Source: Squalus acanthias
Lineage: Eukaryota
Length of the DNA stretch: 64,000 nt
Reading direction: 5' to 3'
Assembly (NCBI GenBank): GCA_030390025.1
Contig: CM059432.1
Location: 65,908,001-65,972,000 of the forward strand
The translations under genes were made by a program, and so were the position numbers. Position 1 is the first letter of the stretch. Every line of letters begins with the position of its first letter. The notes beneath the pieces are model-generated. The model made no database searches, had not been told where the DNA came from, and saw nothing but the letters and a program-made list of their open reading frames with translations. Of the stretch, positions 46,136 to 58,639 are shown piece after piece.

Positions 46136-47629
46136 TCCTAGCCCCATATCAATCCAGTGCAGCTGCACCTGCGTCGGACATTAAACTTATCATGCCTCTT
46201 TTGAGATTCTGGTTTTAATCCAGGCAAATTAATTGGCTGTGTCAGTGCTACCCGATTTTCCCAATGCGCTAGTAAAACACTGTTCTCTTTTTCTCACTCT
46301 GGGATTCATCTTGGCTATGGCTCGGCCTAGTACTCAGGCCTGATATTCTCTCCTCTTCCTGTATTTTGATAGAGAGAAGTAGAAGCCAGACTAATTTTTT
46401 GTTCCCCAGTGTATTTTGGAGAAGGGGAAGTGAAATTCATTGCTAGATCAAAGGTGGCCAACGTTTTTAGCTTCAGAAAACTGACATAGGCTACAGGAAA
46501 TCCGTTATACTCATTTGGGGGTGGTCAATCCCATTAGCGTTTCTTTATTTCTTTTTCAGTCTGCGCCAGCTTGCTTTTTGAGGCAGTCCATTCCCTGTGA
46601 ATCTACTAGCACAGTTTTCAGGAGGAAGTACCAGTAATCATCTCAATTTGGGGGTTCACGAATGACCTCTTTAATACCTGTTAATATTAGGAATGGCACT
46701 GCTGCTGTCTGCTACCTACCACGGTACTAAAGTAAATGTAATGGTACAACTGCTGTAAGAGCTTGCGTGAACTATCAAAATAAGTTGCTTTCAGCTATTT
46801 TTCTGACAGCAGTTCTGCCTCTGCCTCTAATATCAATAGCAAGTTATCCCAGTTGAGTGCCCTCCCCTCCTGAGTTCTATGGGGTTGCAGACTTTGCTGG
46901 ACCTACTTCCCAGTGGATGCTGTTAGTATTCGTGGTCCATGTTGAACAGTATTTTTGCATCTATGGAATGAGGTAAATCTAGTTTGACCACAGAGTGGTC
47001 ACATTGCAGTCTTCCATTTGTCATGCGACATCACCAGTGGCGTCTGCAGTGGAGACTTCAGTTTAATCGGCCACAAGAACAGTAGAAACATTTCTCATGA
47101 ATGGTCCCACTGCTGCTATGGAGGCTTTGTGGCCCAAACTCAAAGATGCAGTCATGGCTGGCTTTAACACACTTGGAGTAGGGTTACAAATAACCATGAG
47201 GGAGGGATTCTGAGATCTCACAGATGCCCACTATTTTGTGGTCATACGGTGAGGAGATCACATGAGTACAGATAAAGGAGGCCATTTGGCCCACTCAGCT
47301 CAACCTTCCACAGACATCTACAAGCCCACTACCATAGCATCCATCTGTTTATTGAATGATTCCAAAGTTTTTGCCATCGCTAACCTATCCAGCAGATCAG
47401 TCCCAGTATTAATCCCTCTTTGTGAAGAACTGCTTCCTGATATCAGTCCAGAACCTGGCTTCCATGTTTGGTTTAGCACAGGAGTAGCTGGGTGGCCCTA
47501 AACAGGCAGTTCTGTGTCATCATGTAATAACAAGTGATGGTCGACCCTAAAGGCAGTAAACCCACAGATACCATACTAAACAAAACCCCCAGCACTAATA
47601 CAGATTTGTCATGATTACAGGCAGAAACA

Positions 47630-48005
47630 AGAACAACTTGCATTTATATAGCGCCTTTAAGATAGTAAAATGTCCCAAGGCATGTCACAGGAGCGTTATC
47701 AAACAAAATTTGTCACCGAGCCACATAAGGAGATATTAGGAACCGTGGTCAAAAGCTTGGTCAAAGAGATAGGTTTTAAGGAGCGCTTTAAAGGAGGGTA
47801 GAGAGGCAGAGAGGTTTAGAGGGAATTCCAGAGCTTAGGGCCTAGACAGCTGAAGACATAGCTGCTGATGGTGGAGTCTAGTTGAGAGGTAATAAAGACA
47901 TGGATGAGGGTTTCAGCAGCAGATGAGCTGAGACTGAGTGGAGAAGGGTGATATTACAGAGATGGAGGTAGGCGGCCTTGGTGAAGGAGAGGATATGGGG
48001 TCGGA
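47630..48005 (-). mobile_element. L2 3' fragment
   Basis: aacaacttgcatttatatagcgcc tail and L2 body. Confidence 0.75.
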
Positions 48006-48007
48006 AG

Positions 48008-48420
48008 TCAATGGGAATCGGGAAAAACTCTCCACTGGCTAGAGTCATATCTAGCACAAAGTTGGATGGTTGTGGTTGTTGGAGGTCAATCATCTTAGCC
48101 CCAGGACATCGCTGCAGGAGTTCCTTAGGGCAGTGTCCTAGGCTCAACCATCTTCAGCTGCTTCATCAATGACCTTCCCTCCATCATAAGGTCAGAAGTG
48201 GGGATGTTCGCTGATGATTGCACAGTGTTCAGTTGCATTTGCAACTCCTCAGATAATGAAGCAGTCCATGCCCGCATGCAGCAAGACCTGGACGGCATTC
48301 AGGCTTGGGCTGATAAGTGGCAGGTAACATTCGCGCCACACAAGTGCCAGGCAATGACTATCTCTAACAAGCGAGAGTCTAACCACCGCCCCTTGACATT
48401 CAATGGCATTCAATGGCATT
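48008..48420 (+). mobile_element. Family-B LINE RT fragment
   Basis: MFADDCTVF...MQQDLDGIQAWADKWQVTF. Confidence 0.85.
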
Positions 48421-48424
48421 ACCA

Positions 48425-48732
48425 GGTCACTAACCAGGTGGCATAGATTTAAAGTAATTGGTAGAAGGATTAGAGAGGAGTTGAGGATAAATTCTTTCAC
48501 CCAGAGGGTGGTGGGGGTCTGGAACTCACTGCCTGAAAGGGTGGTAGAGGCAGAAACCCTCATTACATTTAGAAAGTACTTGGATATACACTTGAAGTGC
48601 CGTAACCTACAAAGCTACGGACCAAGAGCTAAAAAGTGGGATTAGGCTGGATAGCTCTTTGTCAGCCAGCACAGACACAATGGGCCAAATGGCCTCCTTC
48701 TGTGCCATAAGTTTCTATGATTCTATGATTCT
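48425..48732 (+). mobile_element. CR1 3' fragment
   Basis: FTQRVVGVWNSLPERVVEA; ttctatgattctatgattct tail. Confidence 0.85.
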
Positions 48733-49817
48733 AACTGCCCCAACTTGCCACAGATGGACAACATCCTAATAACTCACTTCATATGTTGCAAGCATTAGCA
48801 CAGGTACAGCCACCCTGGGGGATTTGGGTAGTTAGTTTGAGGAGGAAACACTGGGTACGTTATAGAACATGAGTGAGCAGGAGCAATTGGTGGTAGCAGT
48901 GGAGGAGCAGGAACTACTGGGCAGCAGGGCAGCTCATCTTCCTCAGCTGCGAAGCTCTGAGATTCGGACTTCATGAGGCCTGCATTCAAAAGAAGGTACA
49001 AGTGTCTGTGTACAAGTGTCTGACCGCCAACATTTTATACAGCCATTTCAGAATGTGTCAAACAGCCTGCAGGATGTGGCAGTGAGTGTGAAAGTGTCCT
49101 CTATCCACATCTGTGCAATCATGCTTGCATGCTTTTCTGAAGCACAGTCCACTATGGGGCACATTACAATTTCAGAGCCATGTGCAGCAAACCCCCAGTG
49201 AGAGACATCTTCATGAATGCTCACACTGCTGCTATAGAGACCTCGGACTCCAATCTCTAAGGGGCTCTGTTGTCCGACTACAGGGTGTTTGGATTTGGAT
49301 GGAGACAGCCATTGTGTAGGACTTCACTGCCCTCACTGCTGCCCAGATATCTGCCTGCCCCCACACTTCTAGTAATAATTAGTTGTTGTTTATGATCAGC
49401 GCTGCAACACTCCTGACCCTGAACTACCTGCAGGCTAGCTATTGGTTCTCTTTGTAACAAAGCGTGTGCATAATTTTTCTTCAGCTGAGTTGATGAAAGC
49501 AAGAACTTCTATTAGGAAATGTAACGGAGGCAACTGTTGTTATGGTTACACACTCGACTTCAAAAGCCAGAATAATCTAATAATGATTTCTAAAAGCAGC
49601 CAAATTGTGTATTAAAACAGAAGCAGTAACTGCTTCTAATAGTAACCGGTCTTTCATGCTACCTACAAGTGTCACTAGAGTTGATATTTTATTAAAGGAA
49701 TATTCCTGACTCCAAACAACTTTTATGTTTTAATACACAGAGGGCTACTCTATAATTTAATTACCAGCACTAATTAATTCTATCATTTGTTCATTAAAGA
49801 CAAGTTTCAAAGTGGAT

Positions 49818-50038
49818 GGGGGTGAAATTGGATCTCGTTGAGCCCGGAACACATGCAAAGAGGTCCAAGTTAGGAGGCTAACCTCCCACGCCGAACAGTG
49901 TCAGAAACACATCCGACACCGTATTGGTTCAGGCACTGTAGAGGCGTCCATGGCAGCTGCCTAAAACAGGCATTAGGCCCCTTGAATAAGGGGCTAATAA
50001 GTACTGGCGAGCAGCCTCTGAGAACAGATTTCACCCCC
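49818..50038. mobile_element. Short Harbinger-type MITE
   Basis: TIR gggggtgaaat / atttcaccccc; TSD not resolved. Confidence 0.6.
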
Positions 50039-50551
50039 ACTATCTCAAAGATTTCAATGGTTTAGGTAGGCCACTTGCAGCCTACTGTTCTTCGTTAAAA
50101 TCCAAGACAAACGAGAACTCTCAGCATAGCAGTACGTGTGCTGTGGGGTTTGCCCATTTATATTGTGGGGCAAATTCCACCACAGCAGAGCAACAGATAA
50201 ACAATTGCACATGTAAGTTATTTGAGAGTTGTGATTTTGTGAATTTATTTTCTAGTTGTTGGAACTTCCCCAATGGCTCACAAATAAAATACCTCATGTT
50301 CTCACACCCATTGCTATTTGAAGTGGGTGGATTTTAGAATACAGCAAAGGAGGACCAAGAAATTGATAAAGAAAGGGAAAATAGAATATGAGAATAAACT
50401 AGCGAGAGACATAAAAATAGACTGTAAAAGCTTCTATAGGTATGTAAAAAGGAAAAGATTAGCAAAAGTAAATGTGGCTCCCTTACAGGCTGAGACAGGA
50501 GAAATTATAACGGGGAATAAGGAAATGGCAGAGAAATGAAACAAATACTTT

Positions 50552-52347
50552 GGCCGCGATTTTATTAATGGAGGCGGGTTGAGGGCGGGCCCGCTGCTCG
50601 GCAGCTTTCCAACCCACTCCCATCACTTACTATTTTGGCTGGATTGGCCTCATTACGGCTGACGTGCAGGTCCCTCCAGGCAATTGCTTGGAGGCTGTCA
50701 GTTTCTCGCGCCTGATGATGCAAGAAACTGACAGGGAATATGGTATTGAGATAGAGGATCAGCCATGATCATATTGAATGGCGGAGCAGGCTCGAAGGGC
50801 CGAATGGCCTACTCCTGCTCCTATGTTTCTATGTGTCTATGTTTCTATGATGCGTTGTTTGAATGAAAATTTAAAGGGACCATGTCCCCTTTGGAAAAAT
50901 GTCAATGGATGGATTGGTGCTGTATTATATAGAAAGGGGAGTTGACAGCGTCTGTTCTGAACAAAATTTAATGAATAAAATTGCTGTTCATATTATTCCA
51001 GAAAGATATTTATGATTTTTTAATATATCAATTTATTATCTGACTATGAAATGAAAAAGATGCCAGATTTGTTCCAATAATTGGCTTAGTAATATTAATG
51101 CTTTTTTCTCTTAAAGGTGCTGGCTGCTGCAGGAACGGCAGCCCCAATAACTAAGGCTGCACCCAGGTTCAATGAGGGCTCTCTCTATGCTCTTGTGGAG
51201 GGAGTTAGAGGACGTCAGGAGGTCCTCTTCCCTGGAAACGGAAGGAGGAGGCCTCCTCAGCAAACCAAGGCAGCTTGGCTGCAAGTTGCTGAGGAGGTGA
51301 GTTCGAGTTCTGTGTGCAGACGCACATGGGTTCAGTGTGGAAAAAGGTTTCATGATCTGCTGCGATCACCTAAAGTGTGGCCTCTGTGTTCTGGGAAATG
51401 GAAGTTCAAGAGTGAGGGCTCAGGGCGATTTCCATGTAGAATGTTGGTGGTGACACTGAGCGCAAACCACCGTTTATTGGACAGATGATGCCTGGGGTTT
51501 TGAGAATGTCAGACTTATATTCATCTCCATGTGCCAGCCACCTGTGGTTGAAGCGTAAAGTTACGTGAACCTGGCATGGATGAGTGCTTCCCTTGCCTGA
51601 CGGCCAGCAATGTGGTTGCCTGCTGCTGGATTGGCCACATCCGGCCCCACAAGGCGTAACTCCCTGTCCTCCTCCTCGTCCTCGTCCTCTTCATATTCCT
51701 CCAAGGAGGCTGTGTGCTGAGCCGTTTGTTCATTCAGCAGTACTAAGCCGCGCTGCTCTTCCTCCGAATCTGATGACTAGGATGAGAGGATGTAAATGGT
51801 TCCCATCCCATTGTTATAGATTTCAGTTGAGGCAAGAATTTTGCAAGCACACACTCAAAGTGGTCTGAAATTATTCCAATTAGTTCAAACAGCAGATGTG
51901 TGTCAGCTTGACCAGTCACAAGGTCAGTAGATTTGCAAAATCTTATCCCAAACCTCCAACAACAAAGTTGTTGCATTTGAATGCCAGCCATGTTACAGGA
52001 GTGCTTTTAAAGTTCTGCACTAATAATGACTGCAGATCATGGCCTCCACCAACTCGTCTCCTTGCAGCTGGACTGTTTCTGACAAGACGGGAAACAGGAG
52101 CCAGAGGCACAAAAATGGGAAACCTCTATCAAATAGGATTATCAAGGCAGTTAACAGGCTCTTAACTGCCTTAACTACCTGTCCCACCGGTTGGAGTCGG
52201 GTCAGTTTGGGAGCAGCTGAACAGACACTCACGAAAATCGGGTGGGGACGGGATGGAGCCTGGTTGGGTGTCTAAAGCCATTTTTCCCGATTTTCGCAGC
52301 TGACCCGCCTCCAAACCCGCCTCCTCAGGACTGTTAAAATTGAGCCC
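50552..52347. mobile_element. Non-autonomous Harbinger with a Myb exon (+, ~51117-51375), a transposase-like acidic tail (-, ~51540-51745) and a nested CR1 tail (~50734-50848)
   Basis: TIRs ggccgcgatttt / aaaattgagccc; TSD ttt; AAPRFNEGSLYALVEGV...AWLQVAEEV...RTWVQCGKRFHDL. Confidence 0.88.
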
Positions 52348-53408
52348 TTTGTGTCTGTCTTCACGGAAGAAGACGCAAAAAACTTCCCGGAAATAGTGGA
52401 CAACCAAGGGTCTAGCGAGAATGAGGAACTGAAAGATATTAGTATTAGTAAAAAAGTAGTACTGGAGAAATTAATGGGACTGAATGCCGATAAATCCCCT
52501 GGACCTGATGGCCTACATCCAAGGGTTTTGAAAGAGTTGGCTATAGAGATAGTGGATGTCATTTTCCAAAATTCTATAGATTCTAGATTCTAGAAAACGG
52601 GGAACTACAGACCAGTTAGCCTGACATCAGTCGTAGGGAAAATGCTAGAATCTATTATTAAGGACGTGGTAACAGGGCACTTAGAAAATAATAATAGGAT
52701 TGGGCAGAGTCAACACGGATTTATGAAAGGGAAATCGTGTTTGACAAATCGGTTAGAATTTTTGGATTTGTAACTAGCAGAATAGATAAGGGGGAACCAG
52801 TAGATGTGGTGTATTTGGATTTTCAGAAGGCATTCGAGAAGGTGCCACACAAGAGGTTAGTAAACAAAATTAGGGCTCATGGGATTGAGGGTAATATATA
52901 CTAGCATGGATTGAGGACTGGTTAACGGACAGAAAACAGAGAGGAGGAATAAACGGGCCATTTTCGGGTTGGCAGGCTGTAATTAGTGGAGTACCGCAAG
53001 GATCATTGCTTGGGCCTCAGCTATTCACAATCTACATCAATGATTTGGATGAAGGGACCAAATGTAATATATCCAAGTTTGCTGATGATACAAAGCTGGG
53101 TGGGAATGTAAGTTGTGAGGAGGGTGCAAGGAGGCTTCAAGGGGATATAGACAGGCTAAGTGAGTGGGCAAGAACATGGCAAATGGAATATAATGTAGAG
53201 AAATGTGAAGTTATCCACTTTGGTAGGAAAAATAGAAAAGGAGAGTATTTTTTAAATGGTGAGAGATTGGGAAATGTTGGTGTTCAGAGGGACCTGGGTG
53301 TCCTTGTACACGAATCACTGAAAGTTAACATGCAGGTACAGCAAGCAATTAGGAAAGCAAATGGTATGTTGGCCTTTATTACAAGAGGATTTGAGTATAA
53401 GAGTAAAG

Positions 53409-54049
53409 GGGGGAAAAATTTGGTTGCTTTGCGTCTCCCGTTAGTGCCCTAGGGGGTCCGGGCGCGGCACCGCCAACGCCTCCCGCGAAATTCAGCGGGA
53501 GGTTAGTGGCGGCGGTAATCGGTAGCGCCCCGTGGTGCTGTGCCACCGGCGATGAAGTCATCGCCGTGCACAGCACCCCACTTCGCGATCTTCGGGAGCG
53601 CCACCTGACTTACCACCGGACACTATGTCCGACGGGGTCAGGGGGGCCTACCTGCGGCTGGGGAGGCGCTATTTAAAGGTGAGGTGCGGGGCGGCAATTT
53701 TTGTTGCTGGCTGCCTGCCAGCACCTGCCTCCGCTCCCATCCCCGGCCTCCTTACCCATCCCCTCGTGGAGTGCCAGCTGCGCTCCATGAGCCCGGCACT
53801 TCCCTTGAGTGCCGGGCTCTTTTGCCGGCACTCCCGATCCCCGGGGGCCCAGCTGGGCCCCGGGTCTTGCTGCACAAGGCCCCTCCCCTTTCAGAAGGCA
53901 CCATGATATTCCCTCACAGCGCCCCAAAAGGGAGGCGCGACCCGCTTCCCTCTTGGGGCGCTACCACTCAATTTCCATCGCGGGGGCGCTAACTTTTCCG
54001 GGGCGCTAAAGTTAGCACACCAAAGGGGGCGCTACTCAATTTTTAGCCC
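53409..54049. mobile_element. MITE of the full-length Harbinger family
   Basis: TIRs gggggaaaaatt / aatttttagccc; TSD aag; shares ggcgcta motifs and gcgctatttaaa with the transposase-side end. Confidence 0.9.
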
Positions 54050-55704
54050 AAGACGTCTTACTGCAATTATATCAGGCCCTGGTGAGACTACACCTGGAGT
54101 ATCGTGTACAGTTTTGGTCTCCTTACCTAAGGAAGGATGTACTTGCCATAGAGGGAGTGCAACAAAAGTTCCCCAGACTGGTTCCTGGGATGGGGGGATT
54201 GTCCTATGAGGACAGATTGAGTAGACTAGGTCTATATTCTCTAGAGTTTAGAAGAATGAGAGGTGATCTCATTGAAACATACAAAATTCTTACAGGGCTT
54301 GACAGGGTAGATGCAGGGAGGATGTTTCCCCTGGCTGGGGAGTCTAGAACCAGGGATCACAGTCTCAGAATAAGGGGTCGGCCATTTAGGACTGAGATGA
54401 GGAGAAATTTCTTCACTCAGAGGGTAGTGAATCTTTGGAATTCTCTACCCCAGAGGGCTGTGGAGGCTCAGTCGTTGAATATATTCAAGACAGAGATTGA
54501 TAGATTATTGAATATTAATGGAATCAAGGGATTTGGGGATAGTTCAGGAAAGTGGAGATGAGGTAGAAGATCAACCATGATGTTATTGAATCACGGAGCA
54601 GACTCGAAGGGCCAAATGGCCTACTCCTGCTCCTATTTCTTATGTTTTTATGTTCTTTTGAAGTCCTCTTCCTTCAAAATCAGTCTCCATAATATGTATC
54701 AGAAAACCCTGACCTAGCGTATTTAGGTTGGGTCTTCATGGTTTTCGGTTTCTAATCCCTGTGAAAAAGTATTTGAAACTTCAGTTGCTACAGATAATGG
54801 CATGATGGTCAGTTGATATTTTTCTTTTGCAAGGGTGCTGTCATCTTCAATTAACTGACCAAGAATTATCAAGCCCCCTCCAACATAGAGGAAAACTGTG
54901 GGAAAGGACTGGTTTGTCTAAATGGAGTTTGGTATGATGGGGGTGATTTTCAACTGCTGCCCGCCTGTTTTTCACTGAAAATGGATGTCTGGCACAGTAA
55001 AGTGTGTGAGGGGGGGTGGGGGGTGTGGGCGGAGAAGGAGAAACCTTGGCTGGCTCTTGGATGCCCAAGGCCCACCTGATGCAATTTTCAGGCGGGCCTG
55101 TAAATGGGTGCACAGCAGTGCGGCCTGTTTTGGGAAGAAGTCTGCTTAAATATGCAATTCACGGTCCTACGCCATTGAAGGATCCTGACAATTTTGAAGT
55201 ACAAATGGGCAAAGCGTGCACTGGACTAGTTATACCTGGCAGTGAGCACCCTAAGGGAACGGGGGGAGAAATATGATTCGGACTAGTTGATCCTGTAGAG
55301 GGTAAACAACGCCGTGGACTGGTTGGGCCGAATGGCAGGTTACTATTTTGTAAGTTCTATATATTTTATTTTAATTGATAATGTTCCTGATGACCTTGGG
55401 AAAGGTAATGTGGCCTAGAAATTTGGCCACACAGTGCCCATTTTTCAGGCGCTATACCGCCTCCTAAGCCTCTATTTTGGTGTGCAGGAACACACGCTCA
55501 TTACGAGCCTGTTATAATGGTTGAGGCAAGAAAATCGGTGTCCAGGGATCACGTCTGAAACAGATGTTAGGCAATTTGCATATTCAAGTAAGGGGTCGAA
55601 TGCTTGTTTCAAGTCCCCTCTGCAATATTGGGTTACCCTGAATGTAGCCAGTACTGGGCTAAAGGAGAGTGCACTTTGGCTGCAGACAACTCGATTGTAC
55701 CTAG

Positions 55705-57305
55705 AATCACAGAATCATAGAATGCTACAGCACAGAAGGAGGTCTTTCGGCCCATCGTGCCTGTGCCGGCTCTTTAAAAGAGCTGTCCAATTAGTCCCAC
55801 TCCACTGCTTTTTCCCCATTGGTCTGCAAATTTTCCACCTTCAAATATTTATTCAATTCCCTTTTGAAAGTTATTATTAAATCTATTTCCACCACCCTTT
55901 CAAGTAGTGCATTTCAGATCATAGCAACTAGCTGCGAAATTGCTTTTTCCTCATGTCGTCTCTGGTTCTTTTGCCAGTTACCTTAAATCTGTGTCCTTTG
56001 GTTACCAACCCTTCTGCCACTGGAAACAGTTTCTACTTATTTACTCTATCAAAACCCTTCATAATTTTGAACACCTCTATCAAGTCTCCTCTTAACCTTC
56101 TCTGCTCGAAGGAGAACAAGCCCAGTTTCTTTAGTCTCTCTATGTAACTGAAGTCTTTCATCCCTGGTGCCATTTTAGTAAATCTCCTCTGCACACTCTC
56201 CAAGGCCTTGACATCCTTGCTAAAGTGTGGTGCCCAGAATTGGCCACAATGCTCTAGCTGGGGCCTAACCAGGGATTTATAAAGGTTTACCATAACTTTC
56301 TTGCTTTGTATTCTATGGCCGCGATTTTGTCAGCCCCGAGGAGGCGGGTATGGAGGCGGGAATGCTGGTAAAGTTGCAGAATTTGGGGGTGGGTGGAGGA
56401 GGGTCGCCCTCATCCCGCCTCCGTGCCCTCTTGCCAGGAGGCGGGAAGCCATCCTGCCCCGGGTCCCATCTCCTCGAGGCGGGAAAGGGATTAAAGTCTA
56501 TTAACTGCCTGTTAACAGGTAGTTAACAGGCAGAAAATAGGATTATTGCCATTTTACCTTCCCATGTGCAGGCTTCCCGACCTCGGGGAACCCCACCAGG
56601 GTGGAGGAGACGAGTAGGAGGTCTGCGGGGGTCGGAGGGGTCTGAAAGTGCAATGTAGAGGTGAGTGGTGGGTGCAAGTGTGGAGTGGTAAGTATGTAAG
56701 GTAAGTGTAAAGTGTTAGAAAATGTTCACTTACCTTTGTTTCTGCCTACAGCCTTCAGCCGCTGAGAAGCCGGAGTCCCGACATCTCCATTGTAGATTTC
56801 ACAGACTGGCTGTTGGATCCTCCGAACCAGCAGCCAGGTGATTTCTGCAAAGTTGAAAGGTTTGATGAGTCCTGAACACAAGGACTCATCAAACTATACA
56901 GAATGTCCGTGTTTGACAGCTTCACAGAGCTGTCAAATGCTGACATTTCTTCTTTCAAAAAATCATACGTTGACGTGCTCTGTCAGTGACTTCCCCCTAA
57001 TTGGCCTGCTGAGCCCCCTGGGCGGGCTTAACAAGGTCAATCAGGGGAAAATCCCTCTGGTTGGTCAGAAGCTGATGGAGGCAGGATTGAAAGCTGACAA
57101 GCAGCAATCCCGCCTCCAAAAGCTTCCCATTGCCAAAATCCAGCCCTATGCCTCTATTTCTAAACCTAAGGATCCCATATGCCTTTTTAACAGCCTTCTC
57201 AACTTGTCCTGCCACCTTCAAAGACTTGTGTACATACACTCCCAGGTCTCTCTGTTCCTGCACCCCCTTCAATATTGTACCATTTAGTTTATATTGCCTC
57301 TCCTC
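55705..57305 (-). mobile_element. CR1 3' fragment interrupted by a MITE
   Basis: ORFs 56033-56293 and 56997-57317; agaatcacagaatcatag tail. Confidence 0.88.
56317..57146. mobile_element. Harbinger-type MITE (~830 bp)
   Basis: TIRs ggccgcgatttt / aaaatccagccc; TSD tat; CR1 is restored on removal. Confidence 0.9.
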
Positions 57306-57309
57306 ATGA

Positions 57310-57990
57310 TAGGCCAAGGAGAAGCTTCAAGTGCCCCTGTTTCTTGGATGCCGCATTGGAGGTCTTGGTAGAGGAAAGTCGGCAGGAGGAGGGTCGTCCT
57401 CTTCCCGCCAGGCAACAAGCTGCACGGCAGCAGTGGGCAGAGGTGGAAGAGCAGGTCAGCGCTTGCAACATCGCCCATGGACCTGGCTGTAATACAATAA
57501 ACAATTTAATGACCTGACCAAGGTTACCAAGGTAACACTCCTAACTATGAACTCGCATCACTCTCTGTATAACCAGGCACTATTTGAAGCCCCAGCACTC
57601 ACAACCCTTCCCTGCCCCGATTACTAGCACTCTCCTCCATTCACTGCAGCACACTTCAAACCAGCTGCTTCTACTCCTAATGCCACACTCTGCACCTGCT
57701 ACTCTCCCCATTATTACTGCCTTTACTTCCTCACACTTCTGCCACCCTTAATACACCAGCGCCACCATTCTACCTTAGCCTGCATATCCTCAAAGCATCT
57801 CACTAGGCTACCATTAACACTCTCCCTTCTTTCTTGCAGATCAAGCTTGCGAGCAGTAACAGAGAGCAGACGAGGACAGGAGGAGGGAGAGCGTCCAGTC
57901 AGCTCCTCTCTCAAGTTTAGGAGGACATCATGGAGATCATGGGGATGGTTCACATGAAGTGCGTGACGGGGCTGGAAAATATGCCCTGCA
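57310..57990 (+). pseudogene. Decayed Harbinger Myb gene, exons 1-2
   Basis: FLDAALEVLVEE...QWAEVEEQVS; after ttgcag, IKLASSNREQTRTGGG. Confidence 0.65.
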
Positions 57991-58639
57991 GGGTTCTTGG
58001 CTATCTTACACTCCTTCCCTTCTCACTGAAATCTCACCCTCACACACTATACCTGACAAGGTGCAGCTGCATTCAGCTGCATCTGTCTCTGCTTATCTTA
58101 GACACTAAATGCTAATCCTTGCCCCTCTCTTCCCTTTCAGGTGAAGCAAATGTAGAGCACCCAGAGACTGAGGAGCTGGACAAGGGCAAGATGACATGGT
58201 AGCAGTAGGAACTGGCCTAAGAAATAAAAAAAAATCAGCCAAAGTATGTGCTCTTGAAACTTCAGTGCCCTCTGCTGGAAACTGTGCGTGTAGGTACATC
58301 AGTGAGGACAAGATCCAGCTTGGCTGTGGAGCAAATAGCTTGCCAACACTCACTGTCTAGGTTTAGCTATGGAGAATAGTCACTTGAGCAAGGTTAAGAA
58401 GGGTCAGTGGTACCAGCATGAGATTGTGCCTTTATAAGAGATGGGAGAAAAAAAGGACGCCAAGTTGTCGAATTAATGATGCCCCTTTACACAACAATAA
58501 TAAAAGAATTTGCAAATACTTCCCCATTCTGTCCTGAACTGTCAGCTAAGCCAGCTTTTAAGATTATTATGCTCATATTTAGCTTGTTGCAATCACTGTA
58601 TCCCTGAATTATAAAGACTCTATATAATTAATGCCATAA

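Larger units (their letters stand above)
50330..54655 (+). mobile_element. CR1 LINE interrupted by two Harbinger elements
   Basis: ORFs 50318, 52351, 53006 and 54082 are collinear CR1 ORF2 pieces; 3' tail ~54600-54655. Confidence 0.92.
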
